Of a stretch of DNA of 62,266 bases, positions 13,801-26,310 are shown piece after piece. Within the stretch, counting starts at the first letter, position 1. Every line of letters starts with the position of its first letter. The notes under the pieces were generated by a model. The model was not told the DNA's origin, did not search any database, and saw only the letters and a list, made by a program, of their open reading frames with translations. Source of the DNA: Dimargaris cristalligena (taxonomy: Eukaryota); assembly GCA_003614675.1 (NCBI GenBank), contig ML002238.1:1-62266 (forward strand), given 5' to 3'. Both the position numbers and the translations under genes were made by a program.

Positions 13801-16800
13801 AAGAGCCATACGGTAAAATGTACGAAGGCCACTTGATCGAGTCGGAGACCTACGTGGGTGGTCACGTGGAAGCCCTCGAGGCCGGGGTCTTCCGTAGTGA
13901 TATTCCAGAACAGTTTAAGATTGTTCCGTCGGCTATCCAACAGCTAATCGACCAAGTGGACGCTGCCCTCCAGTTCAGTATCGTAACCGAAGCGAACCAA
14001 GCTCTGGAAAATGTCACCAACTACGACGAAGTGAAAGATGCCATCGTGAGCCAACTGAAACAGTTGTTGGCGGCTCCGAACCATACCGCGACTCCGTTGA
14101 TTTACCATTTGGACGTAGCGGCCATGTACCCCAACATTATTCTGACCTATCGGCTCCAGCCGGACGCCATTATTGACGAGTCCGCCTGTGCCCGCTGTGA
14201 CTATAATGTGCCGGGGAAGACGTGCGATCGCCGCATGACCTGGGCCTGGCGGGGCGAATACTACCCAGCTAAACGTAACGAATACAACATGATCCGGGCC
14301 CAACTGGAATCCGAGCGGTTCCCCAGCAAAGATGGGATGCGCCGATTCAACGACCTCTCAGCGGCAGACCAGGCCGAGCTGCTCCAGAAACGGTTGGGCG
14401 ACTACTGTCGTAAAGTCTACAAGAAGATCCGCGAAAATTCGGTGGTGTCCCGCGAGAGCATCATTTGCCAGCGGGAGAATTCCTTTTATGTCGATACCGT
14501 GCGGAGTTTTCGAGACCGGCGTTACGAGTACAAGGGTCTTCACAAGGTGTGGAAGGGTAAATGCGATGCCGCCAAGGATGCGGCGGCCATGGACGAGGCC
14601 AAGAAAATGATCGTGCTGTACGATTCCCTACAGCTGGCCCATAAGTGTATTCTGAACTCCTTCTACGGTTACGTGATGCGTAAGGGGTCCCGCTGGTACT
14701 CCATGGAAATGGCCGGTATCGTGTGTTTAACGGGTGCCACCCTGATCCAAATGGCCCGGCAACTCGTTGAACAAATCGGCCGCCCCTTGGAATTGGACAC
14801 GGACGGTATTTGGTGTATTCTGCCCGCCTCCTTCCCGGAGAATTTCTATTTCACCCTGAAGAATGGCAAGAAACTGCCCATCTCGTATCCCTGTGTGATG
14901 TTGAATCATCTTGTCCACGCCCAGTTCACTAACCACCAGTACCACGAGTTAATTCCGGGGTCCGATCGCGAATACCAGGCCCGTAGCGAAAACAGTATAT
15001 TTTTTGAAGTCGACGGACCCTACCGGGCGATGATTCTCCCCGCGTCCACCGCGGCCGATAAACTGCTCAAAAAGCGGTACGCGGTATTTAACCACGACGG
15101 GTCCCTGGCTGAACTGAAGGGGTTCGAGGTCAAACGGCGTGGCGAACTCAAATTGATCAAGATTTTCCAGTCCCAGATCTTCCAGGTGTTCCTGGACGGT
15201 TCCACCCTGGCGGAATGCTATGCGGCCGTTGCGCGCCTGGCTGACCAGTGGCTCGACATTCTCTACAGCAAAGGGTCCAGCCTCCACGACAGTGAACTCT
15301 TTGAGCTCATTTCCGAAAACCGGAGCATGTCCAAATCCCTGGCCGAATACGGCGACCAGAAATCGACCTCCATCAGCACCGCCCGCCGCCTGGCCGAATT
15401 CTTGGGCGACCAGGTGGTCAAGGATAAGGGTCTGGCCTGCCGGTTCATTATCTCGAACCGCCCGTTGGGACTCCCCGTCTCCGAACGGGCCATCCCCATC
15501 ACCATTTTTTCGGCCGAACCCCCCGTCAAGAAACACTTTCTCCGCAAATGGCTGCGGGATCCGGGTCTGACCAATTTCGATATTCGAACCATCATCGACT
15601 GGAGCTATTATATGGAGCGCTTCGGTTCGGTCATTCAGAAACTGATCACAATCCCCGCGGCGATGCAGAAAATTGCGAACCCCGTGCCCCGCGTCAAACA
15701 CCCCGACTGGCTGGCTAAACGAGTGGCGGTGTTGAATGATAAACGCAAGCAACATAAGATTTCGGATATGTTTACACGTGTGGCCGCCCCGGCGTCGAAC
15801 GATGCGGCCGCCACCGCCACCGCGGCGAAAGTTACGGAAATCACCGAGCCAGACTTGGAGGACTTCGGTCGCCCCACCGCTCACCTGGCGGGAGTAGTAT
15901 CCCGACCGGTCGTGGTGAGTCGTAAACGGGCCCGGTCGCACACAATCGACGTGGCCCGACCCCCGCTGGACTTGTCGGGGCTACCCCCTTACGAATCGGT
16001 GCCTAAACCGGAAAAGAATTATGTGGCCTGGTTGAAATACCAAAAACTCAAATGGCGCCGAATGGCGGAACGCCGGACGGTGATGCGGGCCCGGCGTAGC
16101 CATGGGGCCGGAGGAGGCGGAGGAGGAATAGGGGGTTCCGGAGAAAGAAATGGGTCCGCTTCGGTCACCAGTGGTTCTACGGGGTCGGGACTGCCCCGCC
16201 GGGGCGTAGCGGGCCTATCCTCCTACTTCAGTCGTAAACGACAGATAATAGTAGAGTCGCCCTGGCAAATTATGCAAATCTTACCGACTGAATCGCCCGG
16301 GGTGCTCAAGGCCTGGATCCTGGCCGGGTCGGCTCTGCATGCGGTGTACATTGACGTTCCGCGGGTCTTCTTCGTTAATAGTCGGGTTACCAATCCCGTG
16401 GCCGCTGATTCGACCTACGTGACCCCCGTGCATAATTGGACGTTACCTCGCTCGCAACCCTGTTTGCACTGCTACCAATTCACGATGCCCGAACCCGTTT
16501 ACCAACAGCATATCAAATCGTTCCAGGCTTTATTCAGCCATCCCGATATTATCGGCGTATACGAAACGCAGATTGAACCGGTGTACCGCTTCCTGCTAAC
16601 GGTCGGGTGTACCACAGTGGTGACGGACCCGGCAGCCACTCGCCGGCCCCCCACTGCCTCGACGACATCTTCAGCATCTACCTCTTCTTCGTCATCGGCG
16701 TTTCCTGGGCCTTCGATATCTACCTCGGGGGGTGCCGCGGCCGCCCATCCGGACACTTCGTTTCACGTCGACCACCTGCTTCACTCCATTGGGGTGACCC

Positions 16801-19568
16801 GTACTAACCATCAACATTACCTCGACGCCCGTCAAACTACCCTCAACTTCCTATACCTATTCCACTCCACCGTTGATACCCGTAGCATTTTCGGTCTATT
16901 CAGTCCCGCCTTGGGTCTGACGGAAATCTTTGTGATGGAGGGGGTACAAGGGCGACTCCACTTGCCTAACCTAGAGACACCCTACGCCGAACGGCTGGCG
17001 GCAAGTCAGCTACCCACCGACGCTCAACAGCTGGCCCAGGCGAATGTAGCCAACGCCACCGATGGGTTTGCGTTCGCCTACCCAAAAACGCTGCGGTTCG
17101 CACAGCACCTCTGCAAGAGCGAGGCCCAAATCCATAAGGCGGTCAATACCCAATTGGGTAAATGGCTGGCCGAGAGTCGACTTCCTACGGTGGTAGTACT
17201 CCACTCGGCCTGGACGGCGCCCCAACTGGCTGCAGTCTGTCCAGCGCTCCACGATGCCCCGTACCTCACTATGCCCTACCACAAGAACGACCGCCAATTA
17301 CCCGCGCTCGACTGGCAGCGCTACGCTGCCCGCCGCATGCTGGGCCATTTTCTGAATGTCAGCCAGTGGGTCCAGGAACGCATCGCCCTGGCGCGGTATT
17401 CCGATACCCCCGTTGGCAACATCGAGGCCGACCCCGCCTTGTTTCTGGCCGACTTGTTCTTCGCCCGCAAACTGGCTAATCAGAACGTGGTCCTCTGGTG
17501 GTCGCCCACCCGCAAACCCGATTTGGGCGGACGTGAAGCGGACGAACACACCTGGCTTACCGAAGAAATGGCCCATCTGGAAATTAGTCACCCGGGGCTG
17601 TATCCCACCGTGTGCGTCGAGATTGAGGTTGGGAATCTGGCGATTAATACGGTCCTCCAGGCCCCGTTAATCAACGAGCTGGAGGGCGCCGCCGGCGTGT
17701 TTACGGGCCAGAGTTTTGCAACCGGGGAACAGCCAGCGGCGAAATACACGCTGCAGGGCCTGGCAACGGGGGAGGGAGCTAGCCGGAATTCTGATGAAGC
17801 GGTAGAGGTAACCCCATCCGGTCCAGCGCCGGGGACCGTAGCATCGTTGGGGGCATTGTCCGATGGGGCGATATCCCCCCATGTATTTAATTTACTGCGG
17901 GCGATGGTGCGGAGTTGGTACACGGAAGTGGCCCACCACCAGTACACGTCGACTCTGGGCACATCGACTAAAACGGCTGCCCCGTCCGTGGCTGAGGTCG
18001 CCGCCTTGGGGGCCGCTCCCGCCGCGAACTCCACCACCACTAGCGGACCCCCGGCGGCCTCCCCGGGCCACCACTACGCCGAAATCATGACCCAGCACTT
18101 TTACCACTGGCTGACCCACCCGGGCAGTCGCCTCTACGACCCTTGTCTCTACGCCATGGTCCAGGGACTGATTCGGAAAGTGTTTCTCCAAATGCTGGCC
18201 GAAATGCGCCGTCTGGGCGCCCGGATCGTATCCGCAAATGCCTCCAAGATTATCATCGCGACAAGCAAAACTACCCGTTCGAGCGCGGCGGCCTACACCC
18301 AGTATTTGCTCCGGACGGTGACGCGTCTGCCGCTGTTTGACCAAATTGACTTGAACCCGGTCGAAGTCTGGGACCGGCTCATATGGATGGACGGAGCCAA
18401 CTTCGGTGGCGTACTTTCCATACCCGCGCCCATTAATGTGGAGGAAGACCCCGTTGATGACTTTACTCCGCCGTCCGCTACCCCTACCGAGGGCACTTTG
18501 ACCCAGAAGATCGAAATGTCATGGAATATCCGGGAATACCTACCGCCGGCCTTGCACGGTGACTTTGACCTAGTTTTGGCCGAATTTATCTACGCCCTAC
18601 ACGACCACCATCGGTCTAATTCGTCTACCGAGCCCACTGACACTACCCCCCTTACATCTGTACCCGACGAGACTGCTGGGGAACTGGATGAGGACGGGAC
18701 CGATCAACGACCTAAAGAAGACCCCGCTTTCGCTCGGAAATTCATCAGCCAGACCCTAACCCGTAAACTCCTGCGCCTCATCCCCGATATCCAAGCCCGC
18801 TGCTCCACTGTCCCACGGCCCACTCCCATCGGGTCCGAGTCCACCACTCCGATTACGCGGGATCCTTCGGCCCCGTCCGAATGGTCCATCCGGTTCCCGA
18901 TCCTCCCGGGTTCTTACGCACAATTTACAAACCCGGCCCTCGAATTCGTGAAAAGTATCTGCGCTGTTTTGGACCTAGTCGCAGGGGCCCAGCGGGATGT
19001 ACGAATCCTGAAACGGAACTCCCTCGACCTCCTCGGAGTCCGAGAATTCAGTACTGAGGCAGTTTTCCATAACCCCAGCCAGACGCTCAAATTGCACCAG
19101 GTCATTTGCGAATACTGCAATTACTGCAGAGATCTGGACTTCTGCCGTGATTTGGACCTGTTGCCCGTCCCCGTCCAGCCCCCCGCTGGGGCTTCGGACT
19201 CCTCCACGCGCGACAGGACGACGACGACGGCGGCGACTGTTCAGTATCAGAGTCGACCCTGGCTATGCCTCGGCTGCCGTCACGAATACGATCGCACGAC
19301 CGTGGAATTGGCCCTGGTCAACCTTTTATTGCGCCGCCTCCAGGCTTTCCAACTACAGGATTTGAAATGTACCAAATGCCACATGGTCAAGGCCGAGAAT
19401 TTACTGCCCCACTGTGCCAGTTGTTCCGCCCCGTTTGCACTGGCTAAAACGACCCAGGTCGAGTTTATGCGTCAGCTCCAGGTGTTCCGAAATGTGGCAC
19501 GATTCCATAAACTGACCCTCTTGGCCGATACGGTCAATTGGGTATTGCGAACCGAAGTTGCTACTTAA
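10884..19568 (+). CDS. POL2: DNA polymerase epsilon catalytic subunit A, 8 exons, ~2400 aa
   Basis: Exons 10884-10994, 11226-11351, 11520-11615, 11835-11986, 12126-12232, 12401-12597, 12813-13058 and 13395-19568. Motifs GWLVNM, exonuclease [59 protein letters not shown] and C-terminal Cys clusters (CEYC..CLGC; CTKC..CASC). Confidence 0.97.
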
Positions 19569-20106
19569 ATACTGGAGTAGGGGTGGAACGGGAGAGAAGG
19601 AGACGGCGTGTGGACATATTCACGTACAGTTCGGGCATAGCCTCTCAATGTATTACAATTTTCTGTTGCACACTATTTATTATTGCCATGGGGCTTCATT
19701 ACTCCTACGCCATGCTATTACATACTATTTTAACATCGCCAATACATCAATGACTAATATCTCTTATTGGAGCTAACTGCTTTTTTGTTAAATTATTTAT
19801 AATTATTTATAACTATTTATATGTGGCTTTATATATTTATCTATTAAAATGTGTTACTATCGCGGGTAGGCTCCGCCAATGTTTGTCAACCAGTATCAGG
19901 TCCGGGGTTATAAATTGGACTAAATTTTGGCCCGTTTACTATCATACCCTACACCTAATTACACGATTCCCCCCGCAGTAAGTGCAATGGCATGAACCAA
20001 ACTCGCATTTTCTTCTTTTTTTATATAGTACTATTTACGTAGTGTCATTCGGCAATAACCTTTCACTTAATTTGCTGTTCCTTTTTAAATAAATAACCCA
20101 TTGACC

Positions 20107-22704
20107 ATGAGTTTGGCTAATCGCTTAACCCAGCGCTGGGCGCTCGTGCCCCTCCATAACCGACTTTACTCGTCGGCAACTCTGGGCATCAGTGGATTCT
20201 CGAAGCCATGGCACTTTGTAAACCGCACATGGCCGACTGGGCCTCGGCATGGACTCGAATCTCGGTGGTATTCGGCTGTACCCCCGACCACCCCAATCGC
20301 GACTACCCCCACCCAAGCCGAATCGGAGCCCGATTCCGAAACCCCTCTCACCAGATCTGATAGTGAGGCCGACAAGGAGCATCACATTACAGGTACGTAA
20401 TGAATGATGTATTCCAAAAAAGTGACATTGGGCTCTGTTGCCATATCGAATGTTCAATCATTGACCATCTAGCCAATTTCCTTTTCAGAGTGTATCTTCA
20501 CCGAGATTAATTGTGGTAGTATATATGATTTCGCCCTACCTGAATATGGGAACCCCTAATGAATCCTATAATTTGGACTGCTTCACTCATAAACTATGAA
20601 TTGCTTTACTCCGATCCATGTATGTATAATTGGAATATCTAGATACAATGATCGAGCGGATCCTGGAGCGCCAATATGGCGCGAAATGGGAAAAAGCGCT
20701 GAATGTAGGTTGATAATGCCCAACTATCTCGAAAAAAGGATTTCTACGGATATGTAATCCCCACATGTGCAGTATGGTTGCAGTTTTACAAATATCACCC
20801 TAAATTGGTATATACCAATGCCATATTTTCTGTACCCACCGTTTTTAGTCTAACCGTAGCCCACGGTATTTTGGATTATATTGCTACCTATTGGTACATT
20901 TACATTGTGTGCCTGTAGAACCCATCTAAGCGCAAGAAGCTACTGGCCATCAAACCCACCTCGAATGTACAAGTTCAACTCGACCGCCTTGGTCTAGGTC
21001 TTATGCCAGGAAATACCACATCCCGCCAAAAACTGAAGCGATTACTGGAACCTGACCAAGACATCGGAGTAAGTTATAACTCACCTATAATTCGAAACTC
21101 CTTGAAGGAAGCCGGTGATCTGGGGGTAATTGGTTAGTTGTCCTGGTACCGTGGTAATCCGAAGCCCATTCATTCTAGGATCTAAAATTGATATGATATA
21201 ATCAAATTACTAACACCCTGGCTCTTATATTCTTTGCAATTGCAACCCGTATCCCTTGCCGGTGTCTATTGCATGGAATTCATTTTGGGATTATCAGTTT
21301 CCGCATATGAGCTTTTTCGCCGGAGCCAAACAGCCATCCTCCTTCCCCAAGCCGGATCTCCCCGAAATTGCGTTTGTTGGTGAGTAAAATATAAAATAAT
21401 GACCAACTTCTTTTTTTTATCCGTGCATCATTCGGTTTATATACAACCATTGGATGAGCAAATATTATAAACTATATAGGCCGCCGGCCGATTTCCCAAC
21501 TTGGTGATCACTAACTAATGTGTATACAAGTATGGGACCACCATGTCTACTAACATTTTGCCAATAGGTCGCTCTAATGTGGGCAAATCGACCCTTGTCA
21601 ACGCCTTGGCTCGCACCTCCGTGGTGCGTACCTCGGACAAACCGGGTCTTACTCAGCAAATCAATTTCTATTGTGCCAGTCGAGCCCTCAATTTGGTCGA
21701 TATGCCTGGGTATGGATTCGCGTTCACTAGCCCAGAGACTCGGGACGGTTGGCAGGCATTGGTAAGTACCTCCAGATAGCCTACTTCCTTTTGTTACAGT
21801 AGCAAGGTTATTGTATATTACGGATTAATTTGGGACGCTGGTGATGGTTGATATTTTTGGACGGACTTTAACTGAAGAACTTGTGTATATCAACTGTGCA
21901 CTATTACATCGGTCTACCTTATAGATCGATAATTACTTCCAGAACCGCCCTACGCTTAAACGGGTATTTGTTCTGATTGATGCGCGTACAGGTAAATCGC
22001 TAAATATTTAACATTTGCCAATCTACACTTACTTAATCGGGCTACCGTGGACCACATCCAAGCAGTATACCCTCTACTGCCTAGTGCCCCCACTAACCTA
22101 GTTAAGAACGCTTTGATGTTGGTCACTACATAATTTATTGTTTCTACGTACAGGTTTCAAGGTCATTGATGCCGCGTTCGTCGCTCGACTTTCAAAGTAA
22201 GTATCTTAGATATTATGGAATGTCGACCACCATGCTAGCTCTTAGCCTACCCGCTCTATAGCAACATCACCAGTTAGCCTACTCGTTGATGGGACACACC
22301 CCTCCCACCTATGATGCTCTTTATCCGTTCTCTAACTATGCACTTACCCCTCCACACCCTTCCCCTACCCGTATGCCAACTATTACCCGCTCTTTAGAAT
22401 GAAAGTCAAGTATACCCTGGTCATGACTAAGTGTGATTCGGTGCCCCGGCCAATGTTAGCCAGCCGGTATATGGTACTGTCGGAGATTGCTCAGAGTTAC
22501 CCTCACTGTTTGCCGCATGTCTTCATGGTGTCGGGCAAGTATATGGTAGCCATCAATGATCTGCGCAAAGAAATCCTCCATTTGGCGGGAGTGGGCCAGA
22601 AATATTTAAGTGAGGTTCGACAGTTTCGTAACGAACAAACACGGTCGACCAATGATACCAAATTCCCAAAGCGTGGAAAGCCCAAGGCCCGCCAGGTGAA
22701 GTAG
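20107..22704 (+). CDS. YihA/EngB-family GTP-binding protein (GTPBP8/Mrx8-like, probably mitochondrial), 8 exons
   Basis: Exons 20107-20392, 20643-20704, 20919-21068, 21298-21379, 21568-21761, 21925-21991, 22154-22196 and 22398-22704. PEIAFVGRSNVGKS (G1), KPGLTQQIN (G2), LVDMPGYG (G3), LIDAR, TKCD (G4). Arg/Ser-rich, presequence-like N-terminus. Confidence 0.88.
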
Positions 22705-22716
22705 GGGGGATGTAAT

Positions 22717-22764
22717 GGAGGAGGAGGTGGTGGTGGTGGTGGAGGAGGAGGAGGAGGAGGAGGA
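22717..22764. repeat. Compound (GGA)n(GGT)n(GGA)n trinucleotide microsatellite
   Basis: Visible run GGAGGAGGAGGTGGTGGTGGTGGTGGAGGAGGAG... immediately after the GTPase stop codon. Confidence 0.85.
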
Positions 22765-24245
22765 GTATGAAAATTTGGACGACCATCTCCTAGACTCTGG
22801 GAAATTCCAATCCCCGGTTCATCAAACCAAACCAAACCAAATGATCTGCCAATCCCTTTGCCAAGCTGAACCTAACCGGCTCAATAGCGAGCCCCAGTCA
22901 CATGGGCTACTGAGAATAGAGCCCCCCCCCCTGTTGATAGCCCTCTACGCGCATCTACCTTGCCCACAATCGATTTCATCCGACCCGTTCATTACAAGTA
23001 TAAAATGATGACCTAATCATAAATATTGAAACTGCTGCGATCATAGGCTTTGACAAATAAATAATTTAAACCCTTATTTTTTAAAATCCTGGAGGCTGTA
23101 TATAACGCGTGACCCATTTGTCCGTAGAAGACATTGTGAATTTGTCAAATGAAGCGCCTATAACCCAGTAATTCAATGAGTGGGTTCTTTTGTGTGTCCT
23201 CCATTCACACGAGACTTAATTACATTTGGCATGTATCATACACTGCACCCCAGTTCATACTGATATATATATTTTTTCCAAAACCACACAGTCCTTAAAT
23301 ATCCGAGTGAGTGGCAGCACCTCTGTAAATTCCCACCATTCTTTCTATTATAGTGCAAAGGCCATCTTAAACCTCACATTATCCGCCCGCCCACATTATC
23401 TGCCAAGTGCGTAATACCCGAATAAAGCAGGTAGGTGGGGGAGGGAAGTGACCCAGCAACGTACCCTGTCTGTACGACTGGTAGGAAAAAGGGCCCCAAC
23501 CATGCTAAACCACGCTATATTGTATGAAGTCCTAGACACGTTTGGGGACTCTATTGTCTTGATTATATGTGAATGTATGAGCTAAGAAACGGGTTTTAGC
23601 CAGCGAAGATCTATGCAATGACTTCCACCCTGCTCTTCTGGCACGATTGACTTAATACCCTCTCGCCCTCTTTACCCCATTCTTACGAAGGGATATATTC
23701 GTTAATATGGTGACCCTATAGTCCATATTTGTACTCACCAATGCGTAAAATGAGAGAAATACGTATAAAAGCGAAGTCAGCACTTGTGGGAGAGGTTGGT
23801 AAGTAGTGAAAACCATGGCGCTGAGGTATAATTGTGTCCGTGGGGGAACTAATCATGTATAGGATTGAATATAGCATCAGCAATCCTGGGGTCTATCATA
23901 AAAGAGGGTATTGGAAGAATGGGATGACAATCCTTCCAACGCTCTATGAATAAGTGAATACCAAGAGCCATTGCGTTGCCGATTTTTTGCTACACTCATC
24001 TTTACAACTTATGGCTAACCTGGCCAGCAACCAACTGCATTAAAAATGTTGCTACCACATTATTATGATCTGAATGATTTATTATTGGATGTTAGATTGC
24101 AAATGGGTCAAAAGAGGTGGTACAAGTCAGTGTGTGTGGGGGTGGAGGAAAATGCGTTGAAAATGTGTTTTTGGTGTGATAGAGGAAGCAGGGGAAGACA
24201 ACAGCCATTAGGCACAGTAAGCCCAGACAGTGGGTATACATTCGG

Positions 24246-25193
24246 TTATTGGAAGTATTGGGCGTGACCCTGAGCCCCTTTGAGATGCCGCCGGCATAAG
24301 ATGCGGTAAATGTAACCCCAGATGTAAAAGAGAGCACCCACGCCCACAATGGCGGAGTACAGGTATAACCCAACGGGTTTTTCCATCAACACCGTACCGT
24401 AGGGGTTGATGGCTTCACTATTACCGGAATCATCCACCTCCGCGGCCTTTTCGAAATGGGCGGTTTGTGTAATGGCACTTCCACCGCCGGTCTGAGTGAC
24501 CGAGTCGAAGGACTCGTTGGCTTTGCGGGATAATTTGGTGAAGGCGGCGGGCTGTTCAGTGGCCAGAGTATCGAGATTCACCGGCCGGATATCTTTGGGA
24601 AAGCGAGAATCGACGATAACTTGAACGCCCTCTTCGAGCGGAAGGGAATGGGCTGAACCCGATGGTTTGGAACTATCGTAGGCGCGGAAGTCGGAGGGCC
24701 GAAGGAACCGTGTGATATTGCTCGATTTGGCGGTGGCCAGGGCTGAGTCAGCGGCGTTAAGATTAAGCCGATATGTGATGGGGAAGTTGGCGACATTTAA
24801 GTAAGTGAGGGCAAAGAAATTGGGGTGGGAGTCTGAGCTCTCAAACGTGCCGGCGGACGAGGAAAACTCGTCAATGGTAAGGGGTACATCATCGGGGGTA
24901 TCCCATTGTAGTTCGAGGCTCCAAAACTTGTCAGTGCCACTGGGGGGAATAAAGGAGTCGCTTTGAGAGAGGGATTTGTTGGTATCAACGGTGAGCTCAA
25001 AGCCGAACTGGCCCAGGTCTTTGTTCCACCATTTGACGTCGTAGGTAATAAAGATAGGCTGACCAGCAGCGGAGGCGGGGGCTAACCGTTCGGGAGACTG
25101 GGTGGCGGGAAGAGGAACCGCGGCGGCCTGTAGTGCTGGGGCTAGAAGGGCTACGAGTAGCCAGACGAGTAGGGTATTATATAACGACGGCAT
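24246..25193 (-). CDS. Hypothetical type-I membrane protein, 315 aa
   Basis: Uninterrupted ORF with a signal peptide (LLVWLLVALLAPALQAAA), a beta-rich ectodomain and a C-terminal hydrophobic helix (LYLYSAIVGVGALFYIWGYIY) followed by a basic tail. Confidence 0.75.
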   Translation of the reverse strand: MPSLYNTLLVWLLVALLAPALQAAAVPLPATQSPERLAPASAAGQPIFITYDVKWWNKDLGQFGFELTVDTNKSLSQSDSFIPPSGTDKFWSLELQWDTPDDVPLTIDEFSSSAGTFESSDSHPNFFALTYLNVANFPITYRLNLNAADSALATAKSSNITRFLRPSDFRAYDSSKPSGSAHSLPLEEGVQVIVDSRFPKDIRPVNLDTLATEQPAAFTKLSRKANESFDSVTQTGGGSAITQTAHFEKAAEVDDSGNSEAINPYGTVLMEKPVGLYLYSAIVGVGALFYIWGYIYRILCRRHLKGAQGHAQYFQ

Positions 25194-26166
25194 AAAATAA
25201 AAAGGATACGCTGGAGGAGACCGCAGCCTGGCGGGGGGAATAACACTAGGTTAAGTATAAGGGGTTCGGAGGGAAATAACAGACTACGAGGGGTTGCCCT
25301 GTTTAGCCACGGGCAAAAGGACAGGTTGTATAGGAATAGGTAGATGGTGGTGGATTTGTACAAGGGCAGCCCAGTGCAGGGAATGGATGGCGAAGGAACT
25401 GCTGGACTCTAGAAGAGCGCGGCCAGACACGTCAATAACTGGTAGTGGGGTGTCCCTGTCAAAGGGCGCGGGATTACAAGGAGGTAAAGTGCGGTGTATA
25501 AATTGACTATTCAATAGAAAAAGGACTAAATAATAAGAGAAGGTAGAGAAGAAGGGATATATTGATTATAAAAGCGTAGTAGCTGAGGAGGGGGTATATT
25601 ATATGCGAAGCCTTCGGGAAGGAAAATAAGAGAAGGGAAGGTTGGTTGTATATATAGTGTGCTAGTAATAGTAATATTAGTATAGTGGTTGTATGCAGTT
25701 CAATTGGTGGACTGAGAGCAGTACACAGCAGCTATATGCGCATTGGTGATCATATCAAATCGCAGCAGCTAATGGCTGAGAAGACCGGGAATAAGGCGTA
25801 TTCTATAATAGAGACGGTTGGTTGGCGGATGGGCGTAGTTCCCAAGTCAATCGGCAAATATACAACAGTACGGAGAGAGAAAGAAATAGGGCAAGGAAAA
25901 GAATGGCTGGCACTCTTGTACACAACCTGGGCCAGGGCGCCCTGGGCTTTATATACCGGCGCCGTAGGCCAATGGTGCGTGGCTCCACTACCAGGGGGGC
26001 GCTACCCACTGGATCTCTCTGGCCCATCACACTCTTTCTTGCATACGCCAATCGGCAAATACTCCCCGAATATGGGGAGATAATAAATAGTACAGACTAT
26101 TTCCCACCGGTTCTCCGTCTCACTCCCTCGCAACACCAAACGGGACTATAAGAAATACTGTGCTCT

Positions 26167-26310
26167 ATATGGGTGAAATTCAAACCAGCTGTATAAGGTT
26201 TTACATAATACATGTATGGTTGAATATATGTGAGAATAGCTTTTAACCAGTAATATTGGCCGCATCCAATGGATTTTTCATTATACAGCCTGAATGAACT
26301 TCTCCCATAT
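26167..26310. mobile_element. 144-bp MITE-like element, copy 2
   Basis: Same length and nearly the same sequence as copies 1 and 3. ATATGG...CCATAT ends; unrelated flanks. Confidence 0.85.

Noticed and set aside
13602-19447. Many antisense or alternative-frame ORFs (up to 330 aa) overlapping POL2, and similar ones over PCCA, PCCB, PP2C and the septin
   Set aside because: Shadow ORFs produced by GC-rich codon usage; no motifs of their own.
22503-23008. Poly-Pro, poly-Glu and poly-His ORFs
   Set aside because: These are translations of the GGA/GGT microsatellite in the GTPase 3' region.
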